The position numbers and the translations under genes were made by a program. From contig CAVRAL010000004.1 in the NCBI GenBank assembly GCA_963719085.1, positions 928,001-992,000 on the forward strand: DNA of 64,000 nt, given 5' to 3'. Origin of the DNA: a candidate division FCPU426 bacterium (GTDB lineage: Bacteria; Oederibacteriota; Muellerivitia; Muellerivitales; Muellerivitaceae). The notes beneath the pieces are model-generated. The model saw nothing but the letters and a program-made list of their open reading frames with translations, was not told the DNA's origin and did no database searches. Shown here one piece after another: positions 50,050 through 60,167 of this stretch. The first letter of the stretch is position 1. Every line of letters starts with the position of its first letter.

Positions 50050-51567
50050 TCAAAACCCATACAACTTCCCGAATTTTTTCTCTAAATAGTTCAAAAAGAA
50101 ATCGCTGCTCAGCGGCTTGCCGGTGACTTTTTCGCAAAGCTCGCCCGCCAGATATTTTTGGCCTTCGGCGTGGATTTTTTCATTCAGCCACTTTTTCAAT
50201 GGCGAAAAATCCCCCTTTTTAAACTTATCCTCAAAAGGCCCGGCTTCTCTTGACGCGGCATCAAAGAACTGAGCCGAATAAAGATTTCCCAAAGTATAGG
50301 TCGGGAAGTAGCCGAAACTTCCATGGCTCCAATGCACGTCCTGCAAACAGCCTTTGGAATCATTCGGCGGGGTGACGCCTAAAGATTCTTTCATTGCCTT
50401 GTTCCAGGCCTCTGGCACATCGGCGGCCTTGAGTTTTCCCGAGATCAGGGACACCTCAATGTCGTAGCGCAGGGCCACGTGCAGGTTATAGGTGACTTCG
50501 TCGGATTCGGTGCGGATGAAGGACGGCGCCGAATGGTTGATGGCGAAATAAAAGTCTTCCAGGCTGAGGTCGTCAAAGATGCCGGGGAAAGTCTTTTTCA
50601 ACTCTGGAAAGGCGAAAGTCCAAAAGGCAAGGCCGCGGCCCACCAGGTTTTCCCAAAGCCGGGACTGGGATTCGTGAATCCCCAAGGACACCGCGGAAGC
50701 CCGGGGCGTGCCGTAATGGCCGTTTGAAGGCAAGCCTTGGTCGTAAAGGCCGTGGCCGCCTTCGTGCAAGGTGCTGAAAAAAGAATTCTCGAAATTAGTT
50801 TCCTCGAACCGGGTGGTAATACGGGTGTCCCCCGGCCCCAGCCCGGTGGTAAAGGGATGGGCTGAGATATCAATGCGGCCCCGGTTAAAGTCGAAGCCGA
50901 TCACCTCAGCCAAGCGGCGGCAAAAGTCCTGTTGGGCGGGGATGGGGCAGGCGCGTTTTAAAATTGAGAGATTGGGTTGTTTCTTAGACGAGGTGATTTT
51001 TACCACCAGTTCGGCCAGGCGTTTTTTTAAAGGCGGGAATAAAACATTGAGCTGGGCGGTGGTCAGGCCCGGTTCGTAATCTTCCAGCAAGGCGTCATAA
51101 GGATTGTCCTTGTAGCCGTAGCATTTGGCCTGTTCCTGGGTGAGGGTGATGATCTTTTCGAGCCAAGGTTGGAATTTGGAAAATTGGTTTTGTTTGCGGG
51201 CTTCCACCCACTCGACCTGGGCATTGGAAGTGACCCGGGCCATTTCTTCCACCAAGGCTTGAGGAATTTTTTTAGACCTTTCGTAGGAGCGGGCCCATTC
51301 CCGGATATTGACCGCGCTGTCGCTTAAAGGGTCCTGGGTCAGGCTCTTGGCGGTGGCGGCTTGGGCTAAGAGATCACCCACGGCCGGATCAGTGAATTTT
51401 TGATGGCACATGCCCGCCAAAAGCGAAAGCTGGTCCGCGCGGTAAGGCGCGTTGGCGCCGGGCATGTAAACTTCCTGGTCCCAGCCCAGGACCCCGGCCG
51501 TGTTGCCGAGTAGGGCCAATTCCTTCATGCGTTCCAAAAGATTTTCGTAAGCTTGTTCGGGTGTCAT
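50050..51567 (-). CDS. Carboxypeptidase M32
   Basis: HPF, HEGGH, HESQ, IRTESDE, QDVHW, GYFPTY. Confidence 0.95.
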   Translation of the reverse strand: MTPEQAYENLLERMKELALLGNTAGVLGWDQEVYMPGANAPYRADQLSLLAGMCHQKFTDPAVGDLLAQAATAKSLTQDPLSDSAVNIREWARSYERSKKIPQALVEEMARVTSNAQVEWVEARKQNQFSKFQPWLEKIITLTQEQAKCYGYKDNPYDALLEDYEPGLTTAQLNVLFPPLKKRLAELVVKITSSKKQPNLSILKRACPIPAQQDFCRRLAEVIGFDFNRGRIDISAHPFTTGLGPGDTRITTRFEETNFENSFFSTLHEGGHGLYDQGLPSNGHYGTPRASAVSLGIHESQSRLWENLVGRGLAFWTFAFPELKKTFPGIFDDLSLEDFYFAINHSAPSFIRTESDEVTYNLHVALRYDIEVSLISGKLKAADVPEAWNKAMKESLGVTPPNDSKGCLQDVHWSHGSFGYFPTYTLGNLYSAQFFDAASREAGPFEDKFKKGDFSPLKKWLNEKIHAEGQKYLAGELCEKVTGKPLSSDFFLNYLEKKFGKLYGF

Positions 51568-51699
51568 GGGGTCCTCGCTTGGGATGATGAAAACGTGATT
51601 TTACAGGGTTTGATCGCGGGACTAAAGAGTCCTATTAGATTTCTGAAAGCCGGTTTACTCCAAAATAAAAAGCCCCGGGTTGGGCCCGGGGCCGCCTTA

Positions 51700-52131
51700 T
51701 TAAACGGCTTTTTCCCATCTTTGGATGATCTTGCGGTCGATCCTCGCCAGGGCTTCGGCGTCCTGGGGCGCGGCCCAATCCGGGCCGGTGAGGGCCAGGT
51801 CGGGATCATTCATGGCGATCCCCAGCCCCTCAACGTAATCGGGTTGGCTCACAAAAAATTGCCGACGATAGGGGAGTAGAAATCCGCCGTTTTGCCGGTG
51901 CAGGGTCCGCGCTTCTTCGTAGGTCTTGCACCAGTGATTCGGCAAACTTCCGGTGGGCCGCCAATAAAGGTCTTTTTCAACGGGCGATCGCCGCAGCTCG
52001 CGCCAAGAAGAATGGCCGGAAAGGCGGGCCAGCTTGTCCAAGGCGTCCTTGAGGCTGAAGGTTTCGCCGTTTTTTTTCTTGGCTTTGACCAGCAATTTGG
52101 CTTTGAGTTTCAACTTTTCCAGGTGGGACAT
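51700..52131 (-). CDS. Hypothetical protein with N-terminal Glyoxalase_8-like helical domain
   Basis: AAAGGAG SD before MSHLE; pattern KAKLL...AL..LAR..G..SW..L. Confidence 0.7.
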   Translation of the reverse strand: MSHLEKLKLKAKLLVKAKKKNGETFSLKDALDKLARLSGHSSWRELRRSPVEKDLYWRPTGSLPNHWCKTYEEARTLHRQNGGFLLPYRRQFFVSQPDYVEGLGIAMNDPDLALTGPDWAAPQDAEALARIDRKIIQRWEKAV

Positions 52132-52253
52132 CGAGTGACTCCTTTGTCGTGCATCTACCGTTTGCTCGGGAACGGTAGACAAAGGTGATCAATTGTTTTG
52201 GGAAGGTGAGATTCTCTTGGCGAGCGAAAGGCGCCCTTCAAAGCCTTGGAACC

Positions 52254-52282
52254 AATTTAGGGACTTCCCCCCGCTTTGTCAA
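52254..52282 (-). promoter_or_regulatory. Sigma70-type promoter TTGACA-N17-TAAATT
   Basis: Perfect -35, 17-nt spacer, about 120 nt upstream of the 52131 start. Confidence 0.7.
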
Positions 52283-52291
52283 ATCCGGCCT

Positions 52292-53263
52292 TCAGGCGGC
52301 GAAAGTTTCCTGGATGAATTTAATGTCCCCGGGCGTGAGGGGTTTGTCCGCGCCGGAAAGGTTCACCTGGACCTGATTCAAGTTGCGGAATCCCGGGATG
52401 ACGCAAGCCACTTGAGGGACCGCCAATAGATATTGCAAAGCCACCCGGGCCAAGTCTTTCACTTCGCTCCCAAAACGGGCCTTTAGTTTTTCAATCTTAG
52501 GCGTGACTTTCAAAAGGGCCTCCGACGTAAAACGCTGATCGCCCAGCCGGTGGTCGCCCGCCTCGAACTTAGGCGGGTTCTTGGGGTCGAACTTGCCCAA
52601 AAGCACCCCTTGATTCAGCGGCGAAAAGGCCACGAAGCTCATTTTCCTCTCTTCCAAAAGCTTTCGAACCGGGGAACCTTCCCGAATATATTGGTCATCC
52701 ATGATATTGGCCCAGCTTTGAAGCACGTCAGGCTGCACCTTGGGCACCAGGCGGGTGAAGTCGGCGGCCGAATAGGCGGATTGGCCGATGAGCCGGATTT
52801 TTCCCTCTTTCTTCAACTGGCGCATGACGGCCACGGCATCCTCCAAGTAGATGTCATTTTTGCCGAAGTCGCCGTGGTGGAAATAGTAAAGATCGATGGT
52901 TTCCCGTTGGAGGTTGATGAGGGACTGCTCGCATTGGTGGCGGATATGGGCGGGTTCATAAGCGTTCGCCGCGGTTCCCGGGAACCAACCGACTTTGGTG
53001 GCCAGGATCATTTTTTTCGAGCGGCCGCCCAAAACCCGGGCCAGCAGCTGCTCAGCCTTGCCGTTGCCGTAAACATCCGCGTTATCGAAATGGTTGACGC
53101 CTGAGTCCAGCGCGTGGTCCACGGCTTTTTTTACCTCGGCCTCATTCACGTCGGCCCAGCCATTCGGGCTGCCGTTGACCCAGTTGAGCCCGCCTAAGGT
53201 CCAACAGCCCAGGCTGATTTCCGAGACTTCGATGCCCGATGTTCCCAGCACGCGATAACGCAT
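52292..53263 (-). CDS. Aldo/keto reductase
   Basis: SEISLG, FDNADVYG, ATKVG, IDLYYFH, FSPL. Confidence 0.92.
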   Translation of the reverse strand: MRYRVLGTSGIEVSEISLGCWTLGGLNWVNGSPNGWADVNEAEVKKAVDHALDSGVNHFDNADVYGNGKAEQLLARVLGGRSKKMILATKVGWFPGTAANAYEPAHIRHQCEQSLINLQRETIDLYYFHHGDFGKNDIYLEDAVAVMRQLKKEGKIRLIGQSAYSAADFTRLVPKVQPDVLQSWANIMDDQYIREGSPVRKLLEERKMSFVAFSPLNQGVLLGKFDPKNPPKFEAGDHRLGDQRFTSEALLKVTPKIEKLKARFGSEVKDLARVALQYLLAVPQVACVIPGFRNLNQVQVNLSGADKPLTPGDIKFIQETFAA

Positions 53264-53451
53264 TCGATCTCCTAAAAGTGCAGTTTTTTTGCCTTGAGGG
53301 CTTCATGGTACCAAAGGGAAGCTCTCATTTCGACGAAAGTGGGTAATTTTTTCTCACCGGTCCCGGGCTATCTTTTTCGGTGCTTTGGGTTGGCGCCATT
53401 GTTGTTTTAAAATAAGACCAGTTTTTTTCATTAAACCCAGGAGCCGCCAAC

Positions 53452-53856
53452 ATGAAAAAGCGCTCGGAGTATAAAATCCTGATCGCGGAGGACGAGATTG
53501 GTATTCAAAAGGTCTACGAAAAAACATTCGCCCAAGAAGGCTATCAAACCGTCATGGCGGCAACCGGCGGGGAAGTCATGGCCGAATTGGCGGAAACCCG
53601 TTTCGACCTGCTTATTACCGACCTGAAGCTGGATCATACCAGCGCGCTGGAGGTATTGCCCTTTATCAGCAAACAGTATCCGAGCCTGCCGATCATCGTG
53701 GTATCCGGGCATTATGACCAGTTGGGGGATACTTTCAGCCGCAAGGGCTACAACATCCGGCTGTTCTTCAACAAGCCCTTGAGCACGAGCGTTCTGAAGA
53801 GCGCCGTGCGCAATCTTTTGGGCATTCCCGAGGATGTCCCGTCGGCGGAAGTTTGA
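53452..53856 (+). CDS. Single-domain response regulator
   Basis: ILIAEDE, LITD, VSG, KP. Confidence 0.9.
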   Translation: MKKRSEYKILIAEDEIGIQKVYEKTFAQEGYQTVMAATGGEVMAELAETRFDLLITDLKLDHTSALEVLPFISKQYPSLPIIVVSGHYDQLGDTFSRKGYNIRLFFNKPLSTSVLKSAVRNLLGIPEDVPSAEV

Positions 53857-53942
53857 ACCGGATTGAACCGGGTCATTTCGGGAGTCCTGGGTTCTTTTTT
53901 CCCAAAAATGACCCGATTTTGTCGGTTTCCCTGATTTCAAAT

Positions 53943-53958
53943 TGGCACATGGCTTGCT
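53943..53958 (+). promoter_or_regulatory. Sigma54 -24/-12 promoter
   Basis: TGGCAC-ATGGC-TTGCT, consensus match, 36 nt before the 53995 start. Confidence 0.8.
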
Positions 53959-53994
53959 TTATCTAAAGGTGATTCACATCAAACTTTAGGGAGT

Positions 53995-54414
53995 ATGGCC
54001 ATGAAGAAGATATCCGATTTCCGTATTTTAATCGCTGAGGACGAAGCCGGCATCCGCCGGGTTTATGAGAAGGCTTTCGCCGAGGATGGTTATGAAATCG
54101 TGATGGCCACTTCGGGCGGGGAAGTCATGGCCGAATTGGAAGAAAGCCGTTTCGATCTTTTGATCTCCGACTTGAAGCTGGAACACACCAGCGCCTTGGA
54201 CGTGCTGCCTTATATCCGCAAGCAGCATCCGAACCTTCCGATCATCATCGTGTCGGGCCATTACGCCCAATTGAGCGAGGATTTTAAAAGACGGGGTTAC
54301 AACGTGAAGATGTTCTTCAACAAGCCCTTGAGCTTGAATGTGCTGCGCGAAGCCGTCCGCGAAATCCTGGGAATTCCGGAAGAAGCCGAATCGAAGAAGC
54401 CGTCATTCTTTTAA
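53995..54414 (+). CDS. Single-domain response regulator (paralog of 53452-53856)
   Basis: ILIAEDE, LISD, VSG, KP; collinear with preceding gene. Confidence 0.9.
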   Translation: MAMKKISDFRILIAEDEAGIRRVYEKAFAEDGYEIVMATSGGEVMAELEESRFDLLISDLKLEHTSALDVLPYIRKQHPNLPIIIVSGHYAQLSEDFKRRGYNVKMFFNKPLSLNVLREAVREILGIPEEAESKKPSFF

Positions 54415-54446
54415 GAACTTCCGGCAAAATTAAAAGGCACTTGAGC

Positions 54447-54529
54447 AATGATGGACGTTGATCAACACGGATTTTTATGAAACATGGGATTGGATCATTT
54501 TTTATCGGCGTTCATCTGCGGTTATCATT
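54447..54529. repeat. Palindromic element with 26-bp, 10-bp-periodic arms
   Basis: AATGATGGACGTTGATCAACACGGAT / ATCGGCGTTCATCTGCGGTTATCATT; right arm 22/26 identical to 40785-40810. Confidence 0.7.
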
Positions 54530-54560
54530 ACTGAAAAGGTTTTTGTTAAAGGTTTAGAAC

Positions 54561-55502
54561 TTAAATATGGGCGGCTCTCGTTAGGCGGTCATTGATCGCT
54601 CGGCCCAAGCCTTGTTGGGGAACCCGAAGGGCCACAATTTGATCCAGCCCCAACTCATCCAACCGGCGCATGGCCGCGAAAAGATTGGAAGCGGCTTCGC
54701 GCAAGTCCCCGCTGGAAGATAAAATCTCAACCGCCTGGAAGGGCGAAAAATCAGAGGGCGGGCCGAGCGAAAGCAGGCCCGTTTTTTTATTTTTATCCAG
54801 TTCGGGTATCCGCTCGGCCAGCGCCAAGGGCGTCCGGGGCGCGTAATGACTTTCCAATTGTCCCGGCGCTTGGGGCGCTGCGGAGCTATGGCCGCCCACG
54901 CTCACCGGGCCGATGACCGCCTCAATGTCCTCCAAAGACAATCCGCCGGGTCTTAGAAGGACCGGCGCTTCGCCCGTGAACGAAATGACCGTTGATTCCA
55001 CCCCCACGGAACAGGGGCCTCCATCCAAAATCAAATCAATCTTATCACCCAAGGACCGGCGCACATGCTGGGCGGTGGTGGGACTGATGCCGCCAAAAAG
55101 ATTGGCGCTGGGCGCGGCCAAGGGCCGGCCAGAGGCGAGGATTAACTCTAAGGCTAAGGGGTGATTCGGAACCCGTAAGGCCACCGAAGGAAGCGACGAG
55201 GTGACCAAGTCGGGGATGACGGGCCCTTTAGGAAGGACCAGGGTTAAGGGTCCGGGCCAAAATTTTTCCGCCAGTTTGAGCGCGGCTTGGGGAAACCGGG
55301 TCACCAGAATTTCCGCTTGCCGCAAATCCGACACATGCACGATGAGGGGGTCAAATTGGGGGCGGTTTTTGACCTCAAACACCCGGGCCACGGCTAAAGG
55401 ATTGGTCGCGTCGGCGCCCAGGCCGTAAACCGTTTCGGTCGGGAACGCCACCAACCCGCCGTCCTGGATGATTCGCGCGGCTTTTTGGATTTCGGAGTTC
55501 AA
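54561..55502 (-). CDS. tsaC: L-threonylcarbamoyladenylate synthase (Sua5-type)
   Basis: AFPTETVYGLGA, KNRP, WPGPLT, APSAN, GVESTV, C-terminal SUA5 domain (HYAP). Confidence 0.95.
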   Translation of the reverse strand: MNSEIQKAARIIQDGGLVAFPTETVYGLGADATNPLAVARVFEVKNRPQFDPLIVHVSDLRQAEILVTRFPQAALKLAEKFWPGPLTLVLPKGPVIPDLVTSSLPSVALRVPNHPLALELILASGRPLAAPSANLFGGISPTTAQHVRRSLGDKIDLILDGGPCSVGVESTVISFTGEAPVLLRPGGLSLEDIEAVIGPVSVGGHSSAAPQAPGQLESHYAPRTPLALAERIPELDKNKKTGLLSLGPPSDFSPFQAVEILSSSGDLREAASNLFAAMRRLDELGLDQIVALRVPQQGLGRAINDRLTRAAHI

Positions 55503-55541
55503 GGGGGAGCTTTCGATTTTACTGAAAATAAAGCCTCGCGC

Positions 55542-58364
55542 TCAGCCCGTGTTCTTCAGGCCGGCGGCGATGCCGTTGATGGTCAAAAGGATGGCGTCTT
55601 CCAAGTGGGACTTTTCTTCCTCGGACGGGTTGTTGCGGGCCCGGCGAAGCAGCTCAATCTGGATGAAGCTCAAAGGGTCGATGTAGGGATTGCGCAGTTT
55701 GATGGAATGGGAAAGGTCCGGCTCCCGTTCCAACAACTCACGGACCTGGGATACCTGGCAGATCACCCCGACCGTGCGGTTATATTCACCCTCAATACGG
55801 CCGAAAATTTCCCGGCCCAAAGCCTGGTCCGGGACGAGTTCGGCGTAGCGGCGCGCGATATCCATGTCGGCCTTGGCCAAAATCATTTGGGCGTTATCCA
55901 AGAGCCTTTGGAAGAAGGGCCATTGGTTATACATTTCCTGCAGGGTGGCCAGGCCTTGCGGGTCGGTTTTCAAATAGTCCTCAATGGCGGTGCCGATGCC
56001 GAACCAACCTTGAATGGTATGGCGGCTTTGCATCCAACTAAAGACCCAGGGAATGGCCCGAAGGTCGTCGATGCTGCGTTTGGCGCCCCGGCTCGCCGGG
56101 CGGCTGGCGATGCGGTGCTGGCTGATCTCGTTGATGGGCGTGGCCGCGCTGAAATATTCCAAGAACCGGGGATGGTCGTAAATGAGGCCCCGGTACATTT
56201 TGTAGGAAGTCTGCGCCAGTTTTTCCAACACCTGTTCCCAGGTGCGGCGCGGCACCACTTCCCGGGGCGGGAAAGACCCGCGGAGGACGGCGTTCACGAT
56301 TTGTTCTAAATGGCCCCGGGCGTTGTCCGGTTCGCTGTAAAGGTCGCTGATCACTTCGCCTTGCTCCGTGATCTTGATGCTGCCCCGGATGGTGCGGGGC
56401 GGCTGGGCCAAAATCGCTTTGTTGGCCGGGCCGCCGCCGCGGCCGATACTGCCGCCGCGGCCGTGAAAAAGTTTTAAGGCCACCACATGATTGTCCGCCA
56501 CCCGCACCAACTCCACTTGGGCGCGGTAGAGGGCCCAGTTGGCGGCCAAGTAGCCGCCTTCCTTGTTGGAGTCGCTGTAGCCCAACATGACTTCCTGCTG
56601 GTTGTTCCTGAATTCCAAGTGCTTGCGATAAATCGGGATGTTGAAAAGCTGGTCCAAAAATTGGCCCGCGTTCCTTAAATCCAGGCTGGTTTCCAATAGC
56701 GGCACCACGTTGATGCGGCTATAGGAATCGGGTTTGAAAAGCCCGGCCTCGCGGAAGAATAAAAGAACCGCCAGGACATCGCTGATGTTTTTGGTCATGG
56801 AAATAATGTAGCTTTCGGTGGCCTGGGGATCGAGGTTTTCCAACACATGGTTGGCCATGCGGAAAGTCTCGATGGTCTCCAAGGTTTCCGGGGTGAAGGG
56901 CGTGCGTTCGGGGATCAGGGGGCGGTTGCTTTCCAATTCCTTGACGAGGAGCTCAATCTTTTTTTCCTCCGGCAAGCCGGCGTAATCCTCGGCCAGACCC
57001 ACATACTTGAATATCTCGGCGATGGCCGACGTGTGGCGGCCGCTATGCTGGCGCAAGTCTAATTTGGCCAATTGCAGGCCGAAGACCTGGACCCGGGTGC
57101 GGATGTCTTCCAAAAAGCCGTCGGCCAAGGCGGTGCCCTTATGGGCGCGCAGGCTCTCGTCCATCACCTCCAAGTCCTCCAGCAGATGGCCCATATGGGC
57201 GTACCAGCTTCCGGGTGCCAGGGAGTTTTCGGCGCCGGTGCCCGTGGTTTTGTAATTTTCGGTATAAGCCAGGGTTCTTTGCAATTTCTCGAAAATGAAA
57301 CTGCATTTTTGGCGGTACATCTCATTGGGCGTGCGCTGGTTTAGGCGGTCCGCCAGCTCGGGGAAAAGCAAAGAGTCCAGTTCCAAGGATTGGCGCAAAC
57401 GGTCGCTGATGGGAACCTGGCGGCAGGAGGAACTGAGCCGGTCGCTCAAAAGCTCCATCGACGTGGAGTAATACTGCAGGGCGCAGCGGCGCATGATTTT
57501 GAGCGTGTCCACGGTGACTTCGGGCGTGACAAAGGGGTTTCCATCCCGATCCCCGCCCATCCAGGAACCAAAAGCCAGGAAAGGCCTGGATTCCCAGGGG
57601 GTTTTGGAAAATTCCTCTTTCAGCGACTTTTCCAGGTCCCGGTAAAGTTTGGGCACGATTTTAAAGAGGGTTTCCTCGAAATAATAAAGATGGCCTTTCA
57701 CCTCGTCCAAAACATCGGGGCGAAATTGGCGGATCTCATCGGTTTGCCAAAGCGAGACCAGTTCTTCCACGATATGCTGCATCAGTTCCTGACGCTCTTC
57801 CGGCAAGGCGTCCTCGCTGGTCATACGCCGGGCGGACTTGGCGATGCGGTGCAGTTTTTCCAGCGTGGTCGGCCGCTTGGATTCGGTTGGGTGAGCGGTA
57901 AAGACCATGGTGATCCGGGCCGTATCCAAAAGGCCCTGAATTTTTTTGGGGGGAATCCCCTGTTTGCGCAAGGTTTGGACGGCGGCGGGAATGGAGCCTT
58001 CCCGTTTGGCCTGGGGGTCTTTCAGGACAATCTCGCGGGCTTGGTGGCTCTGGTCGAGTTTTTCCGCCAGGTTGATCAAACCAAAATAATGGGTGAAGGC
58101 CTTCGTCAGCTGGTTGAGCTTGTCGACCGAAAGTTTCGAGAAAATTTGATTGAGCGATTCCACGATGGCCGGGGAAGGCTGGGTACGGAGGTCCTTGCAA
58201 AGGATGCGCACCTTTTCCACCCGCGAAAGGGTTTCAGGGCCTTCTTGGTCGGAAATGACTTGGCCCAAGGTGCCGGCGAGGATCCGAACCAAATGGGGCA
58301 GGGCATAGGGATCCGATTGAGGAATGGAATTGAGGCCGAGTTGTTTAATTTCTTCTTGGAACAT
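55542..58364 (-). CDS. ppc: Phosphoenolpyruvate carboxylase
   Basis: VFTAHPTE, SWMGGDRDGNP, VMLGYSDSNK, FHGRGG, LRAIPWVF, GLKNTG. Confidence 0.97.
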   Translation of the reverse strand: MFQEEIKQLGLNSIPQSDPYALPHLVRILAGTLGQVISDQEGPETLSRVEKVRILCKDLRTQPSPAIVESLNQIFSKLSVDKLNQLTKAFTHYFGLINLAEKLDQSHQAREIVLKDPQAKREGSIPAAVQTLRKQGIPPKKIQGLLDTARITMVFTAHPTESKRPTTLEKLHRIAKSARRMTSEDALPEERQELMQHIVEELVSLWQTDEIRQFRPDVLDEVKGHLYYFEETLFKIVPKLYRDLEKSLKEEFSKTPWESRPFLAFGSWMGGDRDGNPFVTPEVTVDTLKIMRRCALQYYSTSMELLSDRLSSSCRQVPISDRLRQSLELDSLLFPELADRLNQRTPNEMYRQKCSFIFEKLQRTLAYTENYKTTGTGAENSLAPGSWYAHMGHLLEDLEVMDESLRAHKGTALADGFLEDIRTRVQVFGLQLAKLDLRQHSGRHTSAIAEIFKYVGLAEDYAGLPEEKKIELLVKELESNRPLIPERTPFTPETLETIETFRMANHVLENLDPQATESYIISMTKNISDVLAVLLFFREAGLFKPDSYSRINVVPLLETSLDLRNAGQFLDQLFNIPIYRKHLEFRNNQQEVMLGYSDSNKEGGYLAANWALYRAQVELVRVADNHVVALKLFHGRGGSIGRGGGPANKAILAQPPRTIRGSIKITEQGEVISDLYSEPDNARGHLEQIVNAVLRGSFPPREVVPRRTWEQVLEKLAQTSYKMYRGLIYDHPRFLEYFSAATPINEISQHRIASRPASRGAKRSIDDLRAIPWVFSWMQSRHTIQGWFGIGTAIEDYLKTDPQGLATLQEMYNQWPFFQRLLDNAQMILAKADMDIARRYAELVPDQALGREIFGRIEGEYNRTVGVICQVSQVRELLEREPDLSHSIKLRNPYIDPLSFIQIELLRRARNNPSEEEKSHLEDAILLTINGIAAGLKNTG

Positions 58365-58549
58365 ATTTTTTTCCAGTACTTAAATAAAGCCCCCGCCCTA
58401 AAGGGCGTTTCCATTTAAAAAGCTAAGGCTCTTTAAAGGGTGGTCCTCTAAAGGGGATTCCCGTAATTAAAGCTTCTGTCATTTTTAAAGGGTCAGCCGA
58501 CCACCCAATAAAAAGCGCCAGCTTTATATTACGGAAGTCCCTTCAGGGA

Positions 58550-59041
58550 TTACGCCAGCTTTTCCGCCAGGATCTTTGCCGCTTGGTCCTCGCGGAATTT
58601 TTTTAACTTGGCTTTTAAGTCGGAATCTTGGGTCGCCAAGATGGCAATGGCTAAAAGAGCGGCGTTGACCGCCCCGGCCTTGCCGATGGCGAAGGTTCCC
58701 ACGGGAATCCCCGCGGGCATTTGAACTGTCGAAAGAAGGGAGTCCAAACCGTCCAATTTACTTTCCATCGGGACGCCCAGAACGGGTAACAGGGTATGGG
58801 CCGCGCAGACGCCGGCTAAATGCGCCGCGCCGCCGGCCGCCGCGATCACGACCTTCACGCCCCGGCCTTCGGCGCCCGAGACATACTCGGAGGTCTGGTG
58901 GGGGGTTCGATGGGCGGATAAGACCCGGCTTTCATGGGCGACGCCAAATTGGGTCAGCGTGTCGGAAGCGTTTTTCATGACTTCCCAGTCGCTTTTACTT
59001 CCCATCAAAATGTTCACTAGAAGTGGGGTATTCGCGGTCAT
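58550..59041 (-). CDS. purE: N5-carboxyaminoimidazole ribonucleotide mutase
   Basis: [27 protein letters not shown]. Confidence 0.95.
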   Translation of the reverse strand: MTANTPLLVNILMGSKSDWEVMKNASDTLTQFGVAHESRVLSAHRTPHQTSEYVSGAEGRGVKVVIAAAGGAAHLAGVCAAHTLLPVLGVPMESKLDGLDSLLSTVQMPAGIPVGTFAIGKAGAVNAALLAIAILATQDSDLKAKLKKFREDQAAKILAEKLA

Positions 59042-59182
59042 TCCAAAAGCCTTTCGTTGGTGGAATCCACTAAAATCCCACTGAGTTTCGCCTGGGACGG
59101 GAAAAAATGCAACTGCGCAGAGGGGTTGGGGGCGATGAACTTCCATCTTTCGCGCTTCCTGGCCCTGCTGTAGAATGCCTCC

Positions 59183-59893
59183 ATGGAAACAACCCTTATG
59201 ACCAGTCAAACCTTTATCTTGATCTACAAGGCCATCACCCAAGGGCTCATCATCGGTTTTTGCACCGCGGCCCTGATCGGCCCCATTAACTTCATGGCGG
59301 TGCGCCGGGGCATTATGGGTGGGTTCCCGCAGACCTTCCTCGTTGGGGCAGGCGCGGCCTTGATTGACGCCACTTGCGCTTACGCGGTGTTCGCCGGCTT
59401 GTTAAAAGAGGGTTTTTCAGGGCTTTGGAAGATCATTTTGTGGGGCATTTGCGTGGTCTTCCTCTTATATATGGCCTATGCCTTCTTAAATGAAGTCCGG
59501 GATAACCCGGAAATCATGGAAAACTCCAAGGTCCAGCGTCAGACCCAGTTCGTGGATAACTCCTTCTTTATGGGATTACTTTTAGCCGGCAGTAATCCCT
59601 TCACCCTCATCTATTGGATCGGGATGGTCAGTACCCTTCAGTTGTCGGGCAATATCGATTTAACCGGGGGGGCGGCCACCTCTTTTTTCTCGGCGATCCT
59701 GGTCAGTGAACTGGTTTGGTTTTCCTGCCTAGGGGTGGGGGTGCATTACAGCCGGAATCTTTTCAACCGTAATATTCTGAAGGTCATTACCTGGTTCTCC
59801 GGCATCTTGCTCATTTTCTATTGTTGTTTCATGGCCGTGAAGGTGTTCATGAACCTGGTGCACACCGGCGGCACCCCCTTTATCAACCCCTGA
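59183..59893 (+). CDS. LysE family translocator
   Basis: IGPIN, G...D, NP motifs, about 6 TMs. Confidence 0.8.
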   Translation: METTLMTSQTFILIYKAITQGLIIGFCTAALIGPINFMAVRRGIMGGFPQTFLVGAGAALIDATCAYAVFAGLLKEGFSGLWKIILWGICVVFLLYMAYAFLNEVRDNPEIMENSKVQRQTQFVDNSFFMGLLLAGSNPFTLIYWIGMVSTLQLSGNIDLTGGAATSFFSAILVSELVWFSCLGVGVHYSRNLFNRNILKVITWFSGILLIFYCCFMAVKVFMNLVHTGGTPFINP

Positions 59894-59962
59894 CAAAAGG
59901 CAATTTTAAGTCGAAACATTCCAGAACTTAAAACGCATAACTTCGAACTCAAAACTATTATG

Positions 59963-60142
59963 TTAATCCTGTTCCCGGCCGACCTCAAATTCCTCAAGCT
60001 CGCCCTGCCGGACCCGGGCTTTTAACGTAATGGGACGGCAGCAATTCTCGCAGTCCGTGGTCCATTCTTGAAGCCCGGAGACCGGATCCAGGGGCGAGAA
60101 GTTGGGATGGCCGCAATAGGGGCACTCGAATTCAAGATTCAT
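59963..60142 (-). CDS. CPXCG-motif cysteine-rich small protein (59 aa, absent from the ORF track)
   Basis: Manual translation MNLEFECPYCGHPN...TTDCENCCRPI...REQD*. Confidence 0.8.
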   Translation of the reverse strand: MNLEFECPYCGHPNFSPLDPVSGLQEWTTDCENCCRPITLKARVRQGELEEFEVGREQD

Positions 60143-60167
60143 TTTTTCCGCCGGTAAGTAAAAGGGG

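Noticed and set aside
51035..51060. Fourth GGAATAAA motif
   Set aside because: Intragenic, antisense to the M32 gene, and the -10 position reads CGGT rather than CG(T/A)C.
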